Shown: piece after piece, positions 10,225-17,840 of the stretch
Layout of the letters: each line of letters starts with the position of its first letter
How positions within the stretch are numbered: the stretch's first letter is position 1
Assembly: GCA_043798915.1 (NCBI GenBank)
Contig: JAZDOG010000102.1
Location: 1-64,000 of the forward strand
Length of the DNA stretch: 64,000 bases
Origin: Pseudomonadota bacterium
GTDB taxonomy: Bacteria; UBA10199; 2-02-FULL-44-16; JAAZCA01
Direction of reading: 5' to 3'
Program-made: the position numbers and the translations under genes
Notes under the pieces: generated by a model
Databases searched by the model: none
The model's input: the letters and a program-made list of their open reading frames with translations, nothing else
What the model was told of the DNA's origin: nothing

Positions 10225-11161
10225 ACTTTCTAAAATCCCTCCACGCCTCCCGAAGCAGATTCGAAGGGCGCTTCCAAGCCCTGACCGATAAGGGGACTAT
10301 GCAGCCGCAGCGATCGCAATCAGCATTGGGTCCGATCACGCACGGCTTCTTGATATTTCCCCATGCGTCGAATGCGACGCCGTTGTTTAAGAAGACGCAA
10401 TTTTTTCCTGTCGCGATGTGCCTGTTCTTTTCAAGCATCAGGTCGAACGTCGCAGGAGGACCCCCTATGAAATCTCCGTAGCGCATCTTGAGTTCTTTGA
10501 GCGTCGCGATCGCGCGATCCCTCTCCTCGAATGAAAGCCAGATATCCTCATTCACGCCGCGTATCGGCGTGAAGAAGTCGAACAGGATATGACGGATGTG
10601 CGGAACCTCCCGCCACTCGCGCACGAGTTCCTCGACGCAGCCGATGTTGGCGCGATTCAAACAGCATGCGATGGCGATGTTTGCGCCCTCGTGGCACCGA
10701 TCGCCGATATTATTTTTTATGCGCCCGTAGCAACCCTTGCCTCGGATCGCATCGTGCAGGGCTTCCGTGCCGTCGATCGACACGTGAAACTCGACGCCCT
10801 TCCAGTCGGGGAGCGGAAGCGTCCCGTTGGTCACCACGCGATTCGCGCGGAAAAGTTTTCTCCCCTTTTCGATCAGCTCCGGCCGGAGGAGGGGCTCGCC
10901 GCCGACCCATGTGCAGCAGAAGAATGCCCTTTTTCCGCGCTGCATCATCCTCATTCTCATCAGCCAATCCTCGACGGAGAGCTCCGGGCCCCGATCCTGA
11001 TCGTACGAGAAAAAATAGCAGTGCTTGCAGCGGAGGTTGCATTTTGCGGTGACATCGATGGAGCAGAAGGTGTTCCTGGGCAGAGGCCAGAAGGTGAGCA
11101 GGAGCTTGGGCAGGACGCTGCCGCGCCAGAATCGATGCTTCGGTTTTCTGTCTTCGTCCAT
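10223..11161 (-). CDS. Radical SAM protein with Cys-rich C-terminus
   Basis: CNLRCKHC, GGEP, TNG, SIDG, C-terminal CVIG...CDRCGC. Confidence 0.9.
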   Translation of the reverse strand: MDEDRKPKHRFWRGSVLPKLLLTFWPLPRNTFCSIDVTAKCNLRCKHCYFFSYDQDRGPELSVEDWLMRMRMMQRGKRAFFCCTWVGGEPLLRPELIEKGRKLFRANRVVTNGTLPLPDWKGVEFHVSIDGTEALHDAIRGKGCYGRIKNNIGDRCHEGANIAIACCLNRANIGCVEELVREWREVPHIRHILFDFFTPIRGVNEDIWLSFEERDRAIATLKELKMRYGDFIGGPPATFDLMLEKNRHIATGKNCVFLNNGVAFDAWGNIKKPCVIGPNADCDRCGCIVPLSVRAWKRPSNLLREAWRDFRK

Positions 11162-11233
11162 AAGCTGTCTTATAAACCCCCAAGACGGCTGATTGACAAG
11201 GATATTGTTTTGGAGGATTGTCCACGGCTTGTC

Positions 11234-13570
11234 ATGATCTCCACTCTCGCCATAAACCCGATCTGGATAACCCTGGGGCCGATCGTCGTCATCAACGCGG
11301 TGCTGTTTGTCTCATATATCTTCTACCGGTTCCACGGCAGGAAGACCCTGGCCCGCGAGTTCAAAGGCGCCAAAAAAAGCGGTTCCAGCTTCCTCTCGAG
11401 CGGGACGAGGGAGTGGTGGTTCTGGACGACCGACCCCCTGGTCAGGCTCTTCGTGAAGCTCCACATAGGGCCGAACGTCATCACTGCGATGGGTTTTTCC
11501 TTCGCCGCGCTCGCCGGCCTCCTCTTCTCGCGCGGATGGTTCGGCTACGCCGGATGGGCGATGATCGGAGGGGCCTCCTTCGACATATTCGACGGCCGCG
11601 TGGCGCGAATCACCGGCAAGGTCTCCCGCTCCGGCGCCTTCTTCGACGCGGTGATGGACCGCTTCAGCGAGGGCATCTGCTTTCTGGGCCTCGCTGTCTA
11701 CTTCCGCGACAGCGCGATGCTCGGCGTCGTCATCGCCGCGCTCATCGGGTCGCTGCTCGTCTCCTACGCGAGGGCGCGCGCCGAAGGCGTGGGAATCGAA
11801 TGCACGGTCGGGATAATGCAGAGGCCGGAGAGGATCGCATACCTCGGCGTCGCGTCCGTCCTCGATCCGATCATGAACATGGTTCTTCACAGGTGGTGGG
11901 CGGTGCCGCCGCCGGTCCTCGTCATCCTGGCGCTCATCCTCATAGCGGTCATGACCAATGGCACCGCGATATACCGGATGGTCTATGTGATGAACGCCCT
12001 CGACACCGCCGACAAACGCGGCAGGGAATCGATACCTCAGATCATCACCAGGCTTTCGACGTCCGAGGGCAGGGAGGCGCTCTGGGAAAAGGCCCGCTAC
12101 GGCTACGACCGCACGAAGTCTCCGCTCGCCCATGTCGTCCTCTTCCTCCTGGACGGGATCTCGCCGGAGACCGTCTCCGATCTCGCGAAGGCCGGCGATC
12201 TTCCTAACATATCCAGGTACATCCTGGAACGAGGAGGGAGCGCAGAGGCCACCAGCGCATTCCCCTCCGCCACCGGCCCGGCCACCGCGCCGTTTGTCAC
12301 CGGATGTTTCCCCGGCACGTGCGACATCCCGGGTGTGCGATGGTTCGACCGCTCCGTCCCTTCAAGCCGGGTTCTCACCATGAACCGCTTCCGCGACTAC
12401 GCCGGCTGGGGCGCATACGCGATGGACCACGATCTGTCCAAATCGGTGCGCACGATCTTCGAATACTCGCGCCAGGCGGTGAACATCTTCGGCGTGCCCA
12501 ACCGCGGCTGCGGCCTGGTGCGCGATCCGGCGTTCTTCCGCATGAGGAGCCGCTTCTATCGGCCGCGGCGCGAGGAGGACATCGCTGACGCCGAGGAGGC
12601 AGCTTTCAGCTGGTTCCAGGCGGCCATGCACCGCGAGACGGATTTCGTTTTGTACTCGTTCCCTCCGCTCGGCCTCCCTTCAAATCAAGGCGCATCCGCC
12701 GACAAACTCAAGGAGAGGGCAAGGAAGGCAGACGAGCACGTCGGCCGCGCCGCAAAGCTTCTTCAAGAGACCGGCATCTACGAGAGGACCGCGCTGCTCT
12801 TCTCCGGCGCACACGGCAGACGCGAGCTTGAACGCCGTTTCGATCTGGGCGGGTTCCTCTCGAAGCGCCACAAGACGGTCTTCTCGGTGCGCGGGCTCAA
12901 GGAGTGGCATGATTCCGATGTGATCGCCCTGGCCTCAGGGACGTCGATGGCGCACATCTATGTCCGCGCGGGCGACTGGGCCGACCGCTCTTTTTTCGAA
13001 GACATCGAGCGCAGGGGCCTTGTGGGGTCGCTCCTGGAGCAGGATGGAGTGGACATCCTCGCCGGCAGGAGCATCGAAGGCGGGATCGTCGTGCAGACGA
13101 GGCAGGGCCGCGCGCATATCCTGGAGGACGCCGACGGCCGCATCACCTATCTCATAAAAGGAGGGGACCCCTTCGAATTCCCGCCGCTGCCGCAGGTGCT
13201 CGACGCAAAGGGGGCATTCGCGGCAACCGCGGAGACAAAACACCCGGACGCAATCCTCCAGCTCCTGCAGATATTCCGCTCGCGCCGCACCGGCGATCTC
13301 GTCCTCAGCGCTGAAGGCGGCGTCTCGCTCATCTCTCATCCCAAGGGCGCCACGGGCCTCACGCGCGGTTCGCTCTGCCGGGAGCACATGCTCGTGCCCT
13401 TCATGGCGAGCGTGGCGCCCGGCGCCGCAAAGATCCGCACCGCAGACGTATTCGCAATCACGCTGGAGCTTTTGGGGATCGAGCCGGCGCATGCCATGGA
13501 TGGCGCAACACCCAGGAATCAACAACTCATTTCCCTCTCCCTTGAGGGGAGAGGGTCAGGGAGAGGGTGA
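11234..13570 (+). CDS. CDP-alcohol phosphatidyltransferase fused to alkaline-phosphatase/phosphodiesterase-like domain
   Basis: DIFDGRVAR...GAFFDAVMDR signature; C-terminal LFLLDG, FPSATGPA, IPG.RWFDR. The ORF-track extension to 10589 is antisense to the radical SAM gene. Confidence 0.85.
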   Translation: MISTLAINPIWITLGPIVVINAVLFVSYIFYRFHGRKTLAREFKGAKKSGSSFLSSGTREWWFWTTDPLVRLFVKLHIGPNVITAMGFSFAALAGLLFSRGWFGYAGWAMIGGASFDIFDGRVARITGKVSRSGAFFDAVMDRFSEGICFLGLAVYFRDSAMLGVVIAALIGSLLVSYARARAEGVGIECTVGIMQRPERIAYLGVASVLDPIMNMVLHRWWAVPPPVLVILALILIAVMTNGTAIYRMVYVMNALDTADKRGRESIPQIITRLSTSEGREALWEKARYGYDRTKSPLAHVVLFLLDGISPETVSDLAKAGDLPNISRYILERGGSAEATSAFPSATGPATAPFVTGCFPGTCDIPGVRWFDRSVPSSRVLTMNRFRDYAGWGAYAMDHDLSKSVRTIFEYSRQAVNIFGVPNRGCGLVRDPAFFRMRSRFYRPRREEDIADAEEAAFSWFQAAMHRETDFVLYSFPPLGLPSNQGASADKLKERARKADEHVGRAAKLLQETGIYERTALLFSGAHGRRELERRFDLGGFLSKRHKTVFSVRGLKEWHDSDVIALASGTSMAHIYVRAGDWADRSFFEDIERRGLVGSLLEQDGVDILAGRSIEGGIVVQTRQGRAHILEDADGRITYLIKGGDPFEFPPLPQVLDAKGAFAATAETKHPDAILQLLQIFRSRRTGDLVLSAEGGVSLISHPKGATGLTRGSLCREHMLVPFMASVAPGAAKIRTADVFAITLELLGIEPAHAMDGATPRNQQLISLSLEGRGSGRG
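13533..13570. repeat. Half copy of palindromic CCCTCCCC..GGGGAGGG repeat family
   Basis: CCCTCTCCC-TTGA-GGGGAGAGGG-TCAGGGAGAGGG; overlaps gene end. Confidence 0.75.
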
Positions 13571-13572
13571 CA

Positions 13573-14175
13573 ATGAAATCTTCAAAAAACATCCCGGCTG
13601 AGAGCGGCGAGGCACTCCTCGACAGCGCCACGGATATATTCATCCAGGGCGCGGGAAAGATATCCTCCGCGCTCCTCGGGATGATCAACAAGGTCGGCGG
13701 CCAGATATACGCCATCCTCTTTCTCTCGGACGAACCGCTGTCGCTGGACGACATCGCCGAAAAACTCGCCGTCTCCAAGAGCAACGTGTCGATCAACATC
13801 AGGATGCTCGAGGACTACAGCCTCGTGAGGAAGGTCTGGGTGAAGGGCTCTCGGAAGGATTACTACGCGGCGGAGCGCGCCTATCCCAGGAAGGTGCTCC
13901 GGGACTTTCTCGAGAAGATCCAGGGGACGCTCACCGACGCCATCACGACCATAGAGCGGACGCGCGCCAGGGCCTCCGAGGCGAAGGTCGCCCTCGTCGG
14001 AGACAAGAAGGAGAAGGCCGAGTTCATCCTCGACCAGGTGAACCTGATCGGCCTCTTCTATTATGCGGCGAGCCAGTTCTTCGAGGATTTCTTCGCCGGG
14101 AAAGAGATCAACCTCGACCTCCTGCGTCAGACAGTGCTGAACACGGACGAAGTTATGCAGGGAAAAGAAAAGTGA
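13573..14175 (+). CDS. GbsR/MarR-family transcriptional regulator
   Basis: GQIYAILFLSDEPLSLDDIAEKLAVSKSNVS...GSRKDYY winged helix. Confidence 0.88.
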   Translation: MKSSKNIPAESGEALLDSATDIFIQGAGKISSALLGMINKVGGQIYAILFLSDEPLSLDDIAEKLAVSKSNVSINIRMLEDYSLVRKVWVKGSRKDYYAAERAYPRKVLRDFLEKIQGTLTDAITTIERTRARASEAKVALVGDKKEKAEFILDQVNLIGLFYYAASQFFEDFFAGKEINLDLLRQTVLNTDEVMQGKEK

Positions 14176-14223
14176 TAAACTGCTGTCATTAATAGTTACT
14201 GAGCACCAAAAAAGGAGAGGACA

Positions 14224-16242
14224 ATGGATGCTGCCACCGGAGGAGTCGCGGAAAAGGCCGGTCTGCCGGAGAACGCCTTTCGCGAGCTGAGCAAAGGCGA
14301 GATATACAGCTCCGTGGTCGGCGCGGATGAGCATGTGGCTGAGGTGACGCCTCGCTCGGTCATCCTCGGCATCCTGATGGTGATCATCTTCTCCGGATCG
14401 ATAGCGTACCTGACGCTCAAGATCGGCACGGGGATCGAAGCGGCGATACCGATCGCAATCATCGCGGTCGGGCTCTCGTTCGCATTCAAGCGGCGCTCCA
14501 CGATCCTCGAAAACGTCATGATCATGGCGATCGGCGCCACCTCGGGGATAGTCGTGGGCGGCGCCGTCTTCACGCTGCCGGCCCTCTACATCATGGGGCT
14601 CGACGGCCACACGAGCATCTTTCAGCTCTTCTTCATCCCCATGCTGGGGTCGGTGCTGGGCGTCATGCTGCTCATCCCGATGCGCCGCTATTTCTGCTCC
14701 GAGATGCACGGCAAGCTCCCATTCCCGGAGGCCACCGCCACCACGGAGGTGCTCGTCGCCGGCAAGAAGGGCGGCCGCGACGCCAGGGTGCTGGCCTACA
14801 CGATGATCATGGGAGGGGCCTACGATTTCGTTTCGTCCGCGATGGGCGCCTGGCGCGACACCTTCTCGACCGAGCTCATCGGCGCCTTCGGGACGATGAC
14901 CACGAAGGTCAAGGCCGTGTTCTCGCTCAACACCGGGGCTGCGATCACCGCAATGGGATATATCGTCGGCCTCCGCTACGCCTCGATGATGGCCGCGGGC
15001 GGCGCTCTCTCGTGGCTCGTCCTGATACCGATCTTCGCGCACATAGGCTCGATCTCCGGCAACACGCACATCATGGAGATGACCAACGCAAAGATCTTCG
15101 CCGAATACGTCCGGCCGATCGGCATCGGCGGAATCTTCATGGCCGGCGTGATCGGCATCATCAGGTCGATGCCCGTCATCTACAACGCCTTCGCCACCGG
15201 GTTCCGCGAACTCTTCGAATCGAGGAAGCAGCGCGACCGCGAGGAGAAAAAGATCGCCCGCACCGACCGCGACATCCGCATGTACGGCGTAGTGGCCGTG
15301 CTCGTCGCGACGCTCGCGGCCCTTCTGGTCTACTTCCGCTTCTCGGTGCTGGCCGGACAGCCCAATCCGTTCCTGCTGGCAGGCGTGGCGCTCATCGTCA
15401 CCTTCCTGCTCGCGTTCCTGTTCAACTCCGTCTCCGCCTATGCCATCGCCACGATCGGCACCACGCCCATCTCCGGAATGACGATGATGACGCTGGTCAT
15501 CGCGTGCCTCCTGCTCATGAAGGCCGGTCTCACCGGGCAGAACGGAATGGTCTCCGCGCTCCTGATCGGCGGCGTGGTCTGCACCGCGCTTTCGATGTCA
15601 GGCTCGCTCATAACGCAACTCAAGGTGGCATACTGGCTGGGGGCGACCCCCCGCTGGATCCAGTGGGCGAACGTCGGCGGTTCTGTCATCGCGGCGGTGG
15701 TCTGCTCGTTCGTCATCGTCATGCTCTCAAAGGTCTACGGTTTCGCGCCGTCGCCACAGCACATCCACCCGCTCCCCGCTCCGCAGGCCAACGCCATGGC
15801 CGCCGTGATCCAGGGCATAATGTTGCAGGGCAATGCGCCGTGGTTCCTCTACGCAATGGGCGCGATGATCGCGCTGCTCGTGGAGCTCGTGAGGGTCTCC
15901 CCGCTGGCGTTCGCGCTTGGCATGTATCTTCCGTTAGACCTCACGGCGCCCATGCTCGTCGGCGCGCTCGTCGCCGAGGCCGTGAAGAGGAGCTCGAAGG
16001 ACAAGAAGGTGAGCGAGCGCCGCTTTAACCGCGGCACCCTCATCGCGTCGGGCCTCATCGCTGGCGGCGCCCTCATGGGCGTCGTAGGCGCCTTCCTCGA
16101 GTGGATTTCGTCCGAGGTCGTCCACACAAACATACTTCCCAAGTTCGGAAACGACGGCACCGGCGGCAACTGGCTGGGTATCATTATGCTCCTGATGCTC
16201 TGCGGCTACATCTATTGGGACAGCAAGCGCGCGAAGGAATAA
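14224..16242 (+). CDS. OPT-family oligopeptide transporter
   Basis: EVTPRSVILG, AAIPIAI, ILENV, LPFPEA, APQANAMA, ASGLIAG. Confidence 0.93.
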   Translation: MDAATGGVAEKAGLPENAFRELSKGEIYSSVVGADEHVAEVTPRSVILGILMVIIFSGSIAYLTLKIGTGIEAAIPIAIIAVGLSFAFKRRSTILENVMIMAIGATSGIVVGGAVFTLPALYIMGLDGHTSIFQLFFIPMLGSVLGVMLLIPMRRYFCSEMHGKLPFPEATATTEVLVAGKKGGRDARVLAYTMIMGGAYDFVSSAMGAWRDTFSTELIGAFGTMTTKVKAVFSLNTGAAITAMGYIVGLRYASMMAAGGALSWLVLIPIFAHIGSISGNTHIMEMTNAKIFAEYVRPIGIGGIFMAGVIGIIRSMPVIYNAFATGFRELFESRKQRDREEKKIARTDRDIRMYGVVAVLVATLAALLVYFRFSVLAGQPNPFLLAGVALIVTFLLAFLFNSVSAYAIATIGTTPISGMTMMTLVIACLLLMKAGLTGQNGMVSALLIGGVVCTALSMSGSLITQLKVAYWLGATPRWIQWANVGGSVIAAVVCSFVIVMLSKVYGFAPSPQHIHPLPAPQANAMAAVIQGIMLQGNAPWFLYAMGAMIALLVELVRVSPLAFALGMYLPLDLTAPMLVGALVAEAVKRSSKDKKVSERRFNRGTLIASGLIAGGALMGVVGAFLEWISSEVVHTNILPKFGNDGTGGNWLGIIMLLMLCGYIYWDSKRAKE

Positions 16243-16248
16243 CTGCAA

Positions 16249-16632
16249 ATGAAAAAACTGATCTCCATAGCACGCGCGGCGCGGCTCAAGGCGTACGCAC
16301 CCTACTCGAAGTTTCGCGTGGGCGCGGCGCTCGAGGCCAAGGATGGGAGGGTGTTCACCGGCTGCAACGTCGAGAACGCTTCCTATGGCGTCTCCTGCTG
16401 CGCCGAGCGCGTGGCGCTATACAAGGCGGTATCGGAGGGTGCCAGGTCATTCAAGAGGATCGCGATCGTCGCCGGCACTCCGGAACCCTGCCCGCCCTGC
16501 GGCATCTGCAGGCAGGCCCTCTTTGAATTCAGCCCAGCCATGGAACTCGTGAGGGCCGGCACGAGAGGAGCTGCCGTCGTCGTATCCCTCCGGGACATGC
16601 TCCCGCGGGGTTTCCACAAAAACGGCCAATAA
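16249..16632 (+). CDS. cdd: Cytidine deaminase
   Basis: AYAPYSKFRVGAA, GCNVENASY, CAER, PCGICRQ. Confidence 0.96.
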   Translation: MKKLISIARAARLKAYAPYSKFRVGAALEAKDGRVFTGCNVENASYGVSCCAERVALYKAVSEGARSFKRIAIVAGTPEPCPPCGICRQALFEFSPAMELVRAGTRGAAVVVSLRDMLPRGFHKNGQ

Positions 16633-16641
16633 TGGGAAGTG

Positions 16642-16733
16642 CTCCCTCCCTTTATAAGGGAGGGATGGGGAGGGTAGACCGTGTATTAGCACGATCTACC
16701 CCACCCTGACCCTCCCCTTACAAAGGGGAGGGA
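16642..16733. repeat. Palindromic repeat doublet (REPIN-like, inner GTAG..CTAC)
   Basis: Two inverted hairpin units, right arm CTACCCCACCCTGACCCTCCCCTTACAAAGGGGAGGG identical to copies at 28960, 30519 and 34993. Confidence 0.9.
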
Positions 16734-16810
16734 AGCGTCCGTTAAAACCGTCAAAATTCTGACGGTTGGCCCCCTTTCTGCCACCCCCCCAAAAAAATAA
16801 TTAAAAAAGT

Positions 16811-16839
16811 ACGCAACAAATTTTGAGATCTGCCGATAC
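16811..16839 (+). promoter_or_regulatory. Sigma28-like promoter motif (ACGCAAC-N14-GCCGATAC)
   Basis: Second copy of the motif at 4904, upstream of the orphan operon. Confidence 0.5.
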
Positions 16840-16862
16840 CACTAGTGGAGGCTGCCGTGTGA

Positions 16863-17807
16863 ATGTCCGGCGCTCCATCGGGTGGGAGAGGGAATAACAT
16901 AAACAACGACACACGAAGGAGGGTTCAGATGGGAGCAACATCGGTAATCTGCAGTGGTTCATTGCCTGGCGGAAACGCCGAATCGATTCAGGCCGCGCTC
17001 CTCCTCTACAGCGCCGACGAGGCTGCCAAGCAAGGCACGGAGGGGATGACCACGGAGGAGATTTTAAACACCACCATGCTCCCTGTGTCTGCAAAGGACG
17101 AAGGTGCCGCGCGTTTCTGCGCGGAGATCAGCAATTTTTATTCCGAACCCCAAAGCAGAAACGTCTTAGGTCGCATCAATGCCGCGCTGAACAAGAGTCC
17201 GTTCTTCAACTTCAGCAGCCTGCAAGGGCAGAACTTTGGAGCGTTCCGAGAGATAGCGGCAAACCTCAGGGGACGAAAAGACAAGCAGGATGTAAGTGTC
17301 AACGAGTACTGGAAGGGCGTGAAGCTGATGCTCGAGGCCACATTTATGCCGCCTGCTGCGCCGGTCTGCCAGGCCGGCAAGACCGACCTCCTCTCGCTTC
17401 TCGAAGTTTTCGCTCAGCCGCTGCTTACGATACCGGCGCTGGATGACATCCAAATCGCAAAAGCCCTGAACATCCGCGGCAATTCGGACCCGAATTGCGC
17501 CGATCCCTTCGCGTCGGTCATCATGGCGTATCACTTCTTCAAGAAGGGACAGCTGCCCGGCACAACGCCAGTCAACGCAAAGATGTATTCACAAAAGGCC
17601 AGGGAACAGCTGGATTTCGCGATAAAGAACATGGCTCAGATAAGCGATAGCCAGAGGGCATTTCTCACAGCGGTGATCGAAGTCATTGGGGCGGCTCCAA
17701 AAAAGCCCCTAGGGCCGAAAAAGCCTACAGGCCCGACAAAACCCAAACCACCCAAGCCACCCAAGCCGGATGACAATCCGTTTGGTGCTTCAGTTCCAGG
17801 GGAATAG
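16863..17807 (+). CDS. Hypothetical protein with Pro/Lys-rich C-terminus (start may be 16929)
   Basis: Long ORF, GGAGG upstream of both candidate starts; no recognisable family. Confidence 0.75.
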   Translation: MSGAPSGGRGNNINNDTRRRVQMGATSVICSGSLPGGNAESIQAALLLYSADEAAKQGTEGMTTEEILNTTMLPVSAKDEGAARFCAEISNFYSEPQSRNVLGRINAALNKSPFFNFSSLQGQNFGAFREIAANLRGRKDKQDVSVNEYWKGVKLMLEATFMPPAAPVCQAGKTDLLSLLEVFAQPLLTIPALDDIQIAKALNIRGNSDPNCADPFASVIMAYHFFKKGQLPGTTPVNAKMYSQKAREQLDFAIKNMAQISDSQRAFLTAVIEVIGAAPKKPLGPKKPTGPTKPKPPKPPKPDDNPFGASVPGE

Positions 17808-17840
17808 CGAACACAACCGTAAAAACGTCGAGGAGGGAAT

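Noticed and set aside
10589..11233. N-terminal 215-aa extension of the 993-aa ORF
   Set aside because: Overlaps the radical SAM gene antisense; real start most likely 11234
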